Source: an uncultured Bacilli bacterium (GTDB lineage: Bacteria > Bacillota_I > Bacilli_A > RF39 > UBA660). From it: DNA of 38,750 bases. This document shows positions 28,897 through 38,644 of the stretch, in pieces. Location: assembly GCA_947631135.1 (NCBI GenBank), contig CANRKE010000002.1:1-38750 (forward strand), written 5' to 3'. The first letter of the stretch is position 1, and each line of letters opens with the position of its first letter. The translations under genes and the position numbers were made by a program. The notes beneath the pieces are model-generated. The model did no database searches and was not told the origin of the DNA. It saw only the letters and a program-made list of their open reading frames with translations.

Positions 28897-28991
28897 TAAA
28901 TAGTACAATAAATTCTATTCTTAAATTTTATAAAAATACCAAAAATATAGTATTTTATTAATATATATTTAATTCAAAAAATGATCGTATA

Positions 28992-29020
28992 TTGACATAA
29001 TTTTGTCTTTAATATATAAT
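28992..29020 (+). promoter_or_regulatory. Sigma-A-type promoter for the LiaF-like gene (divergent from the RiPP promoter)
   Basis: TTGACA (28992..28997), a 17-nt spacer, then TATAAT (29015..29020). The implied TSS near 29027 favours the ATG at 29064 over the listed TTG at 29025. Confidence 0.7.
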
Positions 29021-29063
29021 TGAGTTGTTAGAATTCATAGTAAATAAAGGGAGATGTTTAATA

Positions 29064-29729
29064 ATGTTATTAGGAATTTTAGTATTAGTTTTAGGGTTAA
29101 TATCACTTATAGAAGTAATATTTCCAACTATTGCATTTACATTTTGGTTTTATGTATCAGTAATTATATTTGTATGTGGATTATATAAGATAATAATTGA
29201 AGAAAAAATTACTATAATTAATGCAATAATAACTATATTAGGTTTATTATTTTCATTAGTTAATTTAGATATATTACCACCATATTTAATAAATGCAATA
29301 ATACCTATTTTAATTATTATATTAGGTGTAACTATAATATATAATACATCATCATTGAAAAAGCCATATTCACGTAATAATAAATCTAAAAGATATAATG
29401 CAATATTATCTGATAATATAGAAAAGATTAAAACATTAGATAAATCTGATATTGAAAGTTATACTGTATTTGGTAATCTAAAATTAGATTTAAGTGATTT
29501 AGAAATAGAAGATGATATAAATATGATTGTCTATACAATATTTGGTGAAAGTACAATTATTGCATCAGACAAATATAATATAGATCTTACATCTACTGCG
29601 GTATTAGGTGAAAATATTAAGAAATTTGATATAGAAGATAGTAAAAATAAAAAGACTATATATATTAATTGTATATCTATATTTGGTGGAGCAAAGATAA
29701 CAAAAAATGATAAAGCAAAGAATAAATAA
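29064..29729 (+). CDS. Membrane protein with a LiaF-like (DUF2154-type) C-terminal domain
   Basis: Four N-terminal TM segments are followed by repetitive beta-like segments (YTVFGNLKLDLSDL, MIVYTIFGESTIIAS, INCISIFGGAKI), as in LiaF-type cell-envelope stress proteins. RBS GGGAG lies upstream. Confidence 0.55.
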   Translation: MLLGILVLVLGLISLIEVIFPTIAFTFWFYVSVIIFVCGLYKIIIEEKITIINAIITILGLLFSLVNLDILPPYLINAIIPILIIILGVTIIYNTSSLKKPYSRNNKSKRYNAILSDNIEKIKTLDKSDIESYTVFGNLKLDLSDLEIEDDINMIVYTIFGESTIIASDKYNIDLTSTAVLGENIKKFDIEDSKNKKTIYINCISIFGGAKITKNDKAKNK

Positions 29730-30567
29730 TAATACAGATTTAAAAACATATTTAAATAATATATTAAATAAAAGTAAAAATAATCTAAAAACATTATGTG
29801 AAAATGATTTTATAATAGTTAATAAAATACCAATAAAGAGATTAGACTATAAATTACATATTGGTGATGAAATAATAATAAAAGATAAATATATAAAAGA
29901 TAAAAAATATAATAAATTAATAGAAATAATATATGAAGATAAAGATATTATAGTTGTAAATAAACCTAGTGGATTACTTAGTATATCAGATAATAAGAAA
30001 CATTACTCATTATATAATATAGTATCTAATTATATTAAAATTAAAAATAAAAACAATAAAATATTTGTTATACATAGATTAGATAGAGATACTAGTGGAA
30101 TCATAATGTTTGCAAAAAGTGAAAAAATAAAGAGATTATATCAAGATAAGTTTCAAAAGCTTGTTAAATTGCGTGAGTATATTGCAATTGTTGATGGAAT
30201 ACTAGATAAAACTGGAGTAATAAACAAGAATTTAATAGAAGATAAAACAACATTTGTACATATAAGTAACAGTAAAAATTCAAAACAAGCCATAACACAT
30301 TATGATCCTATTAAGCATAATAAAAAATATTCTATGATAAAAGTAAAAATATCAACTGGAAGAAAAAATCAAATCAGAGTACATTTATCAAGTATAGGTA
30401 ATCCTGTTGTAGGTGATAAGAAATATGCATCAAGAAGTAATCCAATAAAAAGATTAGGATTACATGCAAATAGATTAGAAATAATAAATCCTATTAACAA
30501 TAAACTTATGATATTTGAAAGTGATATACCAAATATTTTTTATAAAATATTTAAGGAGAAAGATTAA
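29707..30567 (+). CDS. RluA family pseudouridine synthase
   Basis: Catalytic motif HRLDRDTSGIIMFAK, an S4-like N-terminus, and GRKNQIRVH. Confidence 0.9.
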   Translation: MIKQRINNNTDLKTYLNNILNKSKNNLKTLCENDFIIVNKIPIKRLDYKLHIGDEIIIKDKYIKDKKYNKLIEIIYEDKDIIVVNKPSGLLSISDNKKHYSLYNIVSNYIKIKNKNNKIFVIHRLDRDTSGIIMFAKSEKIKRLYQDKFQKLVKLREYIAIVDGILDKTGVINKNLIEDKTTFVHISNSKNSKQAITHYDPIKHNKKYSMIKVKISTGRKNQIRVHLSSIGNPVVGDKKYASRSNPIKRLGLHANRLEIINPINNKLMIFESDIPNIFYKIFKEKD

Positions 30568-30569
30568 GT

Positions 30570-31598
30570 ATGAACAATATATTTAATTATACTAGAGAAA
30601 AATTAGTTAAGTATTTTGACAGTATTGGTGAGAAAAAATATAAAGCTGTACAAGTATTAGAATATTTATATCAAAAAAAGAATTTTAATATAGATAATAT
30701 ATCTAATATTAAAAAAGATACAGTAGAGAAAATAAATAAAGATTTTACATTTGATATGATACAAATATCTGATATTAAACATGGTGAAGATGTAGTTAAA
30801 TACTTATTTAAATTATTAGATGGTGATTATATTGAAGCAGTTTTAATGAAGCATAATTATGGAAATAGTCTTTGTATATCAACTCAAGTAGGTTGTAATA
30901 TGGGATGTAAGTTTTGTGAAAGTGGAAGATTAAAAAAAGTTAGAAATTTAGATACTTATGAGATGGTTGAACAAATACTTTTAGTTGAAAAAAATGATAA
31001 TATTAGAATTAGTCATGTTGTATTAATGGGAATTGGTGAACCATTTGATAATTATGATAATGTTATAAATTTTATTAAAATAATAAATGATGATAAAGCA
31101 CTTGCAATAGGATCTAGGCATATAACGGTATCTACTTGTGGCATTGTACCTAAGATACTTGAGTTTGCTAAATTGGGAATACAAGTTAATTTAGCTATTA
31201 GTCTACATGCTCCTACTGATGAATTAAGAAATAAATTAATGCCTATTAATAAAGTATATAATTTAGAATTATTAATAGATACATTAAAAAAATATATTAA
31301 ACTAACAAATAGAAGAGTAACATTTGAATATATTTTATTAAATAATATAAATGATACTGAGGAATGTGCTTATAATTTATGTAAATTAATAAGTGGTATG
31401 AACGCATATGTCAATTTAATTCCATATAATGAAACACAAAATTTTAATTTTAAGCGTAGTAGTACTAGTAATATTACTGCATTTTATGATATACTTAAGA
31501 AGAACGGTATAAATGTAACTATAAGAAGAGAATTTGGCGGATTAATTGATGCAGCTTGTGGACAATTAAGAGCAAATAAAGGTGGGAATAATTCATGA
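30570..31598 (+). CDS. rlmN: 23S rRNA (adenine2503-C2)-methyltransferase RlmN (radical SAM)
   Basis: CISTQVGCNMGCKFCESG, MGIGEP and the C-terminal IDAACGQL are present. RBS AAGGAG lies upstream. Confidence 0.93.
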   Translation: MNNIFNYTREKLVKYFDSIGEKKYKAVQVLEYLYQKKNFNIDNISNIKKDTVEKINKDFTFDMIQISDIKHGEDVVKYLFKLLDGDYIEAVLMKHNYGNSLCISTQVGCNMGCKFCESGRLKKVRNLDTYEMVEQILLVEKNDNIRISHVVLMGIGEPFDNYDNVINFIKIINDDKALAIGSRHITVSTCGIVPKILEFAKLGIQVNLAISLHAPTDELRNKLMPINKVYNLELLIDTLKKYIKLTNRRVTFEYILLNNINDTEECAYNLCKLISGMNAYVNLIPYNETQNFNFKRSSTSNITAFYDILKKNGINVTIRREFGGLIDAACGQLRANKGGNNS

Positions 31599-32347
31599 AA
31601 GCATATTATATAACAGATACTGGAAAAGTAAGAGATCACAATGAGGATAGTGTAACTATTGTAAAAAATGATGCTGGAGAAGTTTTGATGGCTGTTGCTG
31701 ATGGAATGGGTGGCCATAAAGCAGGTGAAGTTGCATCATCTATAGCAATAACACACTTAGGAACTAGATTTACTTCTATGTCGACTATTGGTAATAAACA
31801 AGATGCAATAAACTGGATTAAAGATACTGTAAATGAAGTAAATGCATTAATATTTAAACATACTAATGAACATCCTGAAAGTAAAGGTATGGGTACAACC
31901 TTAGTTGTTACAGTTGTTACTCCAGAATTTATTTTAATGGGTAACATTGGAGATTCTTCTGGCTTTGTAATAAAAGAAGATAAGATACATAAAATAACAC
32001 AAGATCATACACTTGTTAATCTACTTGTTAAGACTGGAGAGTTAACTGTTGAACAAGCTAAAAATCATCCTAAGAAAAATGTTTTGATGAAAGCATTAGG
32101 CGCGAATGAAATAGTAGAGTTAGATATATTTGATGTAGATCCAAATTTACAGGCAATTCTTTTATGTAGTGATGGACTTACTAATATGTTATCATTTGAA
32201 CAAATTGAAAAAGTATTAACTGATAATGAACTTGATATTGAACAAAGAGTAATGAAACTTGTTAGAAAAAGTAATGCAAGAGGTGGCCTTGACAATATAT
32301 CTATTGCATATTTAGAAAAAGAAAGTGGTGAAAAGAGTGATAGTTAA
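31595..32347 (+). CDS. prpC: PP2C-family Ser/Thr phosphatase (PrpC/Stp)
   Basis: TDTGKVRDHNEDS, VADGMGGH, LCSDGL and GGLDNIS are present. The ATGA start/stop overlaps rlmN. Confidence 0.92.
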   Translation: MKAYYITDTGKVRDHNEDSVTIVKNDAGEVLMAVADGMGGHKAGEVASSIAITHLGTRFTSMSTIGNKQDAINWIKDTVNEVNALIFKHTNEHPESKGMGTTLVVTVVTPEFILMGNIGDSSGFVIKEDKIHKITQDHTLVNLLVKTGELTVEQAKNHPKKNVLMKALGANEIVELDIFDVDPNLQAILLCSDGLTNMLSFEQIEKVLTDNELDIEQRVMKLVRKSNARGGLDNISIAYLEKESGEKSDS

Positions 32348-34193
32348 AGGACAAAAAATCAATGATAGATATCAGATAATAAAGACTATCGGAGAAGGTG
32401 GTATGGCAAATGTTTATTTGGCATATGATACAATATTAGATAGAAACGTTGCTGTAAAAGTTTTACGTGGTGATTTATCTGGAGATGAAAAATTTGTTAG
32501 ACGTTTTCAACGTGAAGCTCTATCATCAAGTAGTTTATCACATCCAAATATCGTAGAAACTTATGATGTTGGTGAAGATGATGGAATGTACTATATTGTA
32601 ATGGAATATATTGAAGGTAAAACTCTAAAACAATTAATTAAAAAACGAGGAGCACTTACATTATCTGAAGTAGTTGATATTATGCTTCAACTTACTGATG
32701 GTATATCACATGCTCATGATTCGTACATTATACATAGAGATATAAAACCACAAAATATTATGATAATGGAAAATGGTCTTGTTAAAATAACAGATTTTGG
32801 TATTGCAATGGCTATGAATGCTACTCAACTAACACAAACAAATTCAGTTATGGGATCAGTACATTACTTACCACCAGAACAAGCAACTGGAAAAGGAAGT
32901 AGTGTTAAAAGTGATATATATTCACTTGGTATTTTAATGTATGAATTACTTACTGGAACATTACCATTTAAGGGTGAAAATGCAGTAGAAATAGCTCTTA
33001 AACAAATGAAAGAACCACTACCTGATGTTACACTTTATAACCCTGAAATACCTATGTCAATAGAAAATATATTATTGAAAGCTACTGCAAAAAATCCAAA
33101 GAATAGATATCAAGATGCTAGAAGTATGCATGAAGATTTAGAAACTTGTTTAGATAAAAATAGAAAAGATGAAGCTAGAGTAGTTTATAAATATAAAGAA
33201 AATGATCTTGATGATACTAAGATAATGGAAAAAATTGAAGATTTAGAAACTATTGATGATGATGTTAAAGAAATAGCAACTAAAGTTGATGAAGAAGAAA
33301 ATGATGAAAAAGAAAGTAAAAAAGATAAAAGAAAGAAAAAGATTGCTCTTATTATATCTTTAATAATCATTGGAGTTATGTTAATTGCTGGTGGTATATT
33401 TGCATTTGTTACTAATTCTAATAATAAAGTAATAACTATTCCTGATGTAAGTGGTATGGACGTTGCTAAAGCTGAGAAAAAATTAGAAAAGTTAGGACTT
33501 GTAGTCAATTTAAAAACAGAAAAAATAGAAAGTGATGAATATAGTGAGGGTGAAGTTGTAAAGACATCTCCTGCTATAGGTAGAAGTGTTAAAAAAGGTA
33601 CTAAGATAACGCTTTATGAATCAAGTGGAACAAATGATGTTGAAATAGAAAATTATATTGGTAAAAATTACTTAGAAGAAAAAGTTAGACTGGAAGAAGT
33701 TGAAGGATTGACAGTAATAATTGAAAAGAAATCAGTAGATAACGTTAGTGAAGACGATGAAAATATAATTATCGATCAAAATCCAAAAGCAGGTGCTAAA
33801 CTATCTAAAGGTGGTACTATAACATTGTATATACCTAATATGGATTTGTATCCTGATATGGTTGGTGAAGCATGGACTAGAGAAGATGTTGAAGAATTTG
33901 CAACTAAATACAATCTAAATCTTACAGTAAATGAAAAAGAATCAACTACTGCAACAGAAGGTACAGTTATATGGCAAAGTAGACGTTCTGGTAGTGCGAT
34001 AAGTGAAGGAGCAAGTTTCTCTGTTACAATTGCTAAAGCTAAGAAAGAAGTACAAGAACAACCAGAAGATAATAATCAAAATAATAATTCATCTGGTGGT
34101 AGTATAATTGAAGATAATACAACTAAAGATAACGAAAATAAAGGAAATCAATCAGAAAATACTGATGATACACAATCAGGAGAAAAATCTTAA
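32337..34193 (+). CDS. prkC: Ser/Thr protein kinase with PASTA repeats (PrkC)
   Basis: Kinase motifs GEGGMANVY, VAVK, HRDIKPQNIM and DFGIA, then a TM segment and three PASTA-like repeats. The GTG at 32337 gives MIVKGQKINDRYQI; the listed alternative start is 32325. Confidence 0.92.
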   Translation: MIVKGQKINDRYQIIKTIGEGGMANVYLAYDTILDRNVAVKVLRGDLSGDEKFVRRFQREALSSSSLSHPNIVETYDVGEDDGMYYIVMEYIEGKTLKQLIKKRGALTLSEVVDIMLQLTDGISHAHDSYIIHRDIKPQNIMIMENGLVKITDFGIAMAMNATQLTQTNSVMGSVHYLPPEQATGKGSSVKSDIYSLGILMYELLTGTLPFKGENAVEIALKQMKEPLPDVTLYNPEIPMSIENILLKATAKNPKNRYQDARSMHEDLETCLDKNRKDEARVVYKYKENDLDDTKIMEKIEDLETIDDDVKEIATKVDEEENDEKESKKDKRKKKIALIISLIIIGVMLIAGGIFAFVTNSNNKVITIPDVSGMDVAKAEKKLEKLGLVVNLKTEKIESDEYSEGEVVKTSPAIGRSVKKGTKITLYESSGTNDVEIENYIGKNYLEEKVRLEEVEGLTVIIEKKSVDNVSEDDENIIIDQNPKAGAKLSKGGTITLYIPNMDLYPDMVGEAWTREDVEEFATKYNLNLTVNEKESTTATEGTVIWQSRRSGSAISEGASFSVTIAKAKKEVQEQPEDNNQNNNSSGGSIIEDNTTKDNENKGNQSENTDDTQSGEKS

Positions 34194-34195
34194 CA

Positions 34196-35050
34196 ATGAT
34201 TAAAGATGGAATAATAACAAAATGTATTAGTAATTTATATACTGTAAAAATAGATGATAAATATATTGAAGTAAAACCAAGAGGGAATTTGAGATGTAAA
34301 AATATCTCTCCCTTAGTTGGTGATAAGGTTATGGTTGATTTAGATAAAAAAGTTATTGATGAAATTTTGGAAAGAAAAAATTTTCTTATAAGGCCTCCAC
34401 TAGCTAATATAGATCAAGTAGTAATAGTAACTAGTTTAAAAAAACCTGATTATTCAAGTTTATTACTAGATAAGATGATTGCTATATTAGAGTATAATAA
34501 TATTAAACCTATAATTTGTTTTACTAAACTGGATTTATGTAGTAAAAATGAAATGAAAGAGTTTAAAAAAATAATGGATTATTATAAGAAAATTGGTTAT
34601 AAAGTAATAACTAATAAGAAAAAATTAGTATTTAAATATATTTTTAAAGATAAATTAACAGTTTTTTCTGGACAAAGTGGTGCAGGGAAATCAACACTAT
34701 TAAACAAAATAGATAAAAGATTATCGTTAAAGACTGATGAAATAAGTAAGTCATTAAATAGAGGTAAACATACTACAAGACATGTTGAACTATTTAATAT
34801 AAATAATGGACTTGTATCTGATACACCTGGTTTTTCATCATTAGATTTATCTAATATAGATAAATCTAAGTTAAAAGATTTATTTATTGAGATAAGTAAA
34901 TATGGTGATACATGTGTATATAAAGATTGTACCCATACAAAAGAAAAAGAATGTAATATTAAAAAATTAGTTAATGATGGTACAATTTTAAAAAGTAGAT
35001 ATGAATCGTACTTAAACCTAATAAATGATGCGGGTAAGAAAGTTAAGTGA
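34196..35050 (+). CDS. rsgA: Ribosome small-subunit-dependent GTPase A
   Basis: Circularly permuted GTPase with FTKLDL, GQSGAGKSTLLN and DTPGF, plus C-terminal zinc-binding Cys/His. It sits in the conserved rlmN-prpC-prkC-rsgA context. Confidence 0.92.
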   Translation: MIKDGIITKCISNLYTVKIDDKYIEVKPRGNLRCKNISPLVGDKVMVDLDKKVIDEILERKNFLIRPPLANIDQVVIVTSLKKPDYSSLLLDKMIAILEYNNIKPIICFTKLDLCSKNEMKEFKKIMDYYKKIGYKVITNKKKLVFKYIFKDKLTVFSGQSGAGKSTLLNKIDKRLSLKTDEISKSLNRGKHTTRHVELFNINNGLVSDTPGFSSLDLSNIDKSKLKDLFIEISKYGDTCVYKDCTHTKEKECNIKKLVNDGTILKSRYESYLNLINDAGKKVK

Positions 35051-35110
35051 TATATTTTGTTAATTTATGTATACTTGTACATAAAAAATATATAATTCAA
35101 ACAAATAGTA

Positions 35111-35139
35111 TTAACATAATTAATATGTTCTGATAAAAT
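35111..35139 (+). promoter_or_regulatory. Candidate promoter for the acyl-AMP ligase gene
   Basis: TTAACA, a 17-nt spacer, then TAAAAT, with a TGn extended -10. Confidence 0.4.
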
Positions 35140-35170
35140 ACGAAATATTTAGAAAGAGGGATTTTTGGAA

Positions 35171-36985
35171 ATGGAAAAAAAGATTGTTAATAATTTACAA
35201 GTTAATAATGTAAAAGAAAATGTTAAATTACAAAGAAAACCAATAATGGAAGGAAAATTAACAGGTTATCCATCAATTGATAAACCTTGGTTAAAATATT
35301 ATGATAAAAAATTATTAGATTCTGATATACCTAGAGATACATTATATGGTTATGTATATTCACAAAATAAAGATTATTTAGATTCTGTAGTATTTAATTA
35401 TTTTGATACAAAAATTACTTATAGAGAATTATTTGATCAAGTAGATAAGATAGCAAAAGGATTAGTATCATTAGGTATAAAAAAGGGGGATATGGTAACT
35501 ATTGGTATGGCTAGTACACCAGAAGCTTATTACTCTTTATATGCAGTTAATAAGATTGGAGCTGTTGCAGATATAATAGATATGTTTGGTAATACGGTAG
35601 AAAATCTAAGAAAGTGCTTAAATGAAACTAATTCAAAGTATTTATTAATTAATGATTTGGTATTGAATAATGTAATGGATATAATTGATAAGACTAATGT
35701 TGAAAAAATAGTTACAGCTAGAATTGATCAATCATTACCATTTAGATTACCAGACCTTCCTGATATTAAATTTAAGTCAAATAATATGTTAATGAACTGG
35801 GAAGATTTTATTGAAAATGGTAAAAATGAAACATATACCGATTCATCATATGTTCCAAACGATTTAGTTGTATTAGAACATACTGGAGGAACATCTGGAT
35901 TTCCTAAAGGTTGTATGCTAACAAATGATGGTTTAAATGGACAAGTTTGGCAATTATCTAATTCACCTCTTCAATTTAAACGTGGAGAAGTTTGGTTAGG
36001 ATTGATGCCTATATTTGCATCATTTGGATTAATGGGTGGACATTTAGCAATATCTCAAGGATTAGAATCTGTTTTAGTACCATTTTATGAACCACAAAAA
36101 TTTGTTGATTTACTAGAAAAATATAAACCAGATAGATATGCTTGTAGTCCTGCATATTTAGAAGCACTATTAAATGATCCAAGAGCACAAAGTCTAGATG
36201 TCAAAAATATGAAAAATCCATTAATTGGTGGAGATACATTAAATTCTAAAACTGAAAAAGCTATTAATAATCTTCTTAAAAATGGTGGAAATAATACAAT
36301 TGTAAATCAAGGATATTCTTTAACAGAATGTTCAGCAGGTAGTACTTGTAACATGGGTAAGGGTATAAACAAAAAAAGAAGTGTTGGTATACCTCTATCA
36401 AAAATAAACTGTAAAATTGTTAATCCTGATACATTAGAAGAATTAGGATATAATGAATATGGTGAAATATGTTTAAATGGTACTAATGTAATGATGGGTT
36501 ACTATAATAAAGTAAAAGAAACTAATGATTCACTTAAAATTCATAGTGATGGTAAATTATGGTTACATACCGGTGATGTTGGTAAAATAGATGAAGATGG
36601 ATTTTTATATCTAACTGATAGAATAAAAAGAATAATTATTAGAAATGATGGTTGTAAAGTATATCCTTCATTTATTGAACAAGAAATATTAAATCATCCT
36701 GATGTATTATATTGTTCAGTAGTTGGAGTTAGAGATTATAACTTTGTACAAGGTGAATTACCTTATGCATATGTTGTATTAAATGATCAAAGACAAAAAA
36801 GTATAGAAGAAATCAAAAAGGAAATAAATGATTTATGCGTTAAAAATTTACCATTATATAGTATACCAATTAATTATGATTTTGTTGATTCTTTAAAGAA
36901 AACAAAAGTAGGTAAAGTTGATTGTATAACACTTAAGAGTGATGCAGAACAAAAAATTAAATCAAAAAAATTAGTAAATAGATAA
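35171..36985 (+). CDS. AMP-binding enzyme (acyl-CoA synthetase / fatty-acid ligase family)
   Basis: AMP-binding motif LEHTGGTSGFPKGCMLTN, plus YSLTE, TGDVGKIDEDGFLYLTDR and KVGK near the C-terminus. The start could be ATG at 35171 or TTG at 35165. Confidence 0.85.
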   Translation: MEKKIVNNLQVNNVKENVKLQRKPIMEGKLTGYPSIDKPWLKYYDKKLLDSDIPRDTLYGYVYSQNKDYLDSVVFNYFDTKITYRELFDQVDKIAKGLVSLGIKKGDMVTIGMASTPEAYYSLYAVNKIGAVADIIDMFGNTVENLRKCLNETNSKYLLINDLVLNNVMDIIDKTNVEKIVTARIDQSLPFRLPDLPDIKFKSNNMLMNWEDFIENGKNETYTDSSYVPNDLVVLEHTGGTSGFPKGCMLTNDGLNGQVWQLSNSPLQFKRGEVWLGLMPIFASFGLMGGHLAISQGLESVLVPFYEPQKFVDLLEKYKPDRYACSPAYLEALLNDPRAQSLDVKNMKNPLIGGDTLNSKTEKAINNLLKNGGNNTIVNQGYSLTECSAGSTCNMGKGINKKRSVGIPLSKINCKIVNPDTLEELGYNEYGEICLNGTNVMMGYYNKVKETNDSLKIHSDGKLWLHTGDVGKIDEDGFLYLTDRIKRIIIRNDGCKVYPSFIEQEILNHPDVLYCSVVGVRDYNFVQGELPYAYVVLNDQRQKSIEEIKKEINDLCVKNLPLYSIPINYDFVDSLKKTKVGKVDCITLKSDAEQKIKSKKLVNR

Positions 36986-37011
36986 ATAAAGATATAATAA
37001 ATTAAATTTAT

Positions 37012-37036
37012 AAAGGTACTTAATGGTATCTTTTTT
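37012..37036 (+). terminator. Intrinsic terminator after the ligase gene
   Basis: AAAGGTAC-TTAATG-GTATCTTT forms 8 bp including one G-U pair and runs into a T-stretch. Confidence 0.55.
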
Positions 37037-37104
37037 ATTATATAAAGTTTAATAAAAAGTATTTACCTTTTACAATTTTAATGATATACTCTTATTGTGT
37101 ATTT

Positions 37105-37147
37105 GAAAAACCCCCATCAAAAATTGAAAAAAATAATGGGGTTTTTC
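37105..37147 (+). promoter_or_regulatory. Inverted repeat or hairpin in the abiEi leader
   Basis: GAAAAACCCC (37105..37114) pairs with GGGGTTTTTC (37138..37147), separated by 23 nt. It lies downstream of a TGaTATACT extended -10 (37082..37090) and just before RBS AAGGAG (37153..37158). Confidence 0.5.
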
Positions 37148-37165
37148 AACAAAAGGAGTGTTAAG

Positions 37166-37708
37166 ATGTTGTATAAAAGAAAAGAAATTATAAAGAAATA
37201 TGGTACGTGGTATAATTTAGAAAAAGCTATTAAAAATAAAGAAATATTTAAATTAGCTAATGGGATTTATTCAGATAAAGATATTGTAGATCCTATGGCA
37301 GTAGTTTGTAAGAAATATTCTAGTGCAATCATTACGATGGATTCAGCTTTTTATTATTATGATTTAACAGATGTAATTCCAACAAAGACTTATATTGCAA
37401 CTAATAGAAACACAGATACTATTAATAAAGAGAACATTGTTCAAATAAAAGTACCTAAAGAAAAATTAAATCAAGGAGCTGAAGTAGTTACAGTTGATTC
37501 ACTTGAAGTTAGAATCTATAATAGAGAACGACTTTTAGTTGAATTAATAAGAAAAAGAAATCAAATACCATTTGATTATTATAAAGAATTGATTACAAAT
37601 TATCGAAAAATTGCTGATGAACTAGATATGCGAAAAATAGAAGAATATATTGCTTTATATAAAAATGAGGTTAATTTAGGAAATGCTTTATTAAGAGAGG
37701 TGTTTTAG
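37166..37708 (+). CDS. AbiEi-family antitoxin / transcriptional regulator (type IV TA)
   Basis: About 180 aa with an AbiEi-like N-terminus (LYKRKEIIKKYG...LEKAIKNKEIFKLANGIYSD). It lies directly upstream of, and overlaps, the AbiEii gene. The ATG at 37166 sits 7 nt after AAGGAG. Confidence 0.7.
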   Translation: MLYKRKEIIKKYGTWYNLEKAIKNKEIFKLANGIYSDKDIVDPMAVVCKKYSSAIITMDSAFYYYDLTDVIPTKTYIATNRNTDTINKENIVQIKVPKEKLNQGAEVVTVDSLEVRIYNRERLLVELIRKRNQIPFDYYKELITNYRKIADELDMRKIEEYIALYKNEVNLGNALLREVF

Positions 37709-38535
37709 TGGACTTAGAAGATTTTGTTAGAAAATATATTAAAGAAGGATATACTTTAAATGATGCTAGATCTAAAGTTTCTCAAGATGTTATATTGATT
37801 AAGATTGCTAAAAGCAATTTTAAAAATCATATAACAATCAAAGGTGGAGTTGTTATGCATAATATGTCTAATTCTGTTCGTAGAGCTACAAGAGATTTAG
37901 ATTTAGACTTTATTAAGTATTCATTAGATGATGATTCAATAAGAAATTTTATATCCAAATTAAACTTGGTAAATGATAACATAAAAATAGAAATAATTGA
38001 TAAAATAACTGAACTTCATCATCAAGATTATGATGGTAAAAGAGTTGTTATAAAAATAACTGATGATAATAATTATAGTATAACTACTAAGATGGATATA
38101 GGTGTTCATAAACTATTTGATTTAAAACAAGAAGAATATTATTTTGATTTTGATATTATTAATAATGGTGTAAATCTTCTTATAAATTCAGTTGAGCAAA
38201 TATTCTCTGAAAAATTAAAATCTTTATTAAAACTTGGATTTAGGTCGACTAGGTATAAAGATTTATTTGATTTTTATTATTTGATAACTAATGATAAATT
38301 AGATAAAAGAAAATTATTAAAAACTATTAAGATTCTTATATTTGATGATAATAATATGTATGAAAATAATTTAAATGATATTTATAATAGATTAAAACAT
38401 ACTCTTAATTTTAAAATTTATAAAGATAATTTAAATAATCCTAAATATAATTGGCTTGATATTTCACTTGATGAAGCTATTAAAGTAGTATTAGATTTTA
38501 TTTTAAAATTAGAAACAGAAGTAGTAAAAGTTTAA
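37708..38535 (+). CDS. AbiEii/AbiGii-family nucleotidyltransferase toxin (DUF1814)
   Basis: ITIKGGVVMHNM....RRATRDLDLDF matches the AbiEii NTase motif (KGG...R.T.DlD). The protein is 275 aa. The GTG start overlaps the abiEi stop (TAGTG). Confidence 0.75.
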   Translation: MDLEDFVRKYIKEGYTLNDARSKVSQDVILIKIAKSNFKNHITIKGGVVMHNMSNSVRRATRDLDLDFIKYSLDDDSIRNFISKLNLVNDNIKIEIIDKITELHHQDYDGKRVVIKITDDNNYSITTKMDIGVHKLFDLKQEEYYFDFDIINNGVNLLINSVEQIFSEKLKSLLKLGFRSTRYKDLFDFYYLITNDKLDKRKLLKTIKILIFDDNNMYENNLNDIYNRLKHTLNFKIYKDNLNNPKYNWLDISLDEAIKVVLDFILKLETEVVKV

Positions 38536-38616
38536 AATATTTTGATTAAAGTATTTTTAATAATGATCAAATATATAAATAATATTTAACTAATATTCAA
38601 AAATAAATTATAAATT

Positions 38617-38644
38617 AATCTCCAGTTTTATTGAGATTTTTTTT
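38617..38644 (+). terminator. Weak terminator candidate after abiEii
   Basis: AATCTC-(10 nt)-GAGATT is a 6-bp stem followed by a T-run. Confidence 0.35.

Noticed and set aside
35070-35095. TTTATGTA-TACTTG-TACATAAA hairpin after rsgA as a terminator.
   Set aside because: It is an AT-only 8-bp stem followed by an A-run rather than a T-run on the + strand. It is too weak to call.
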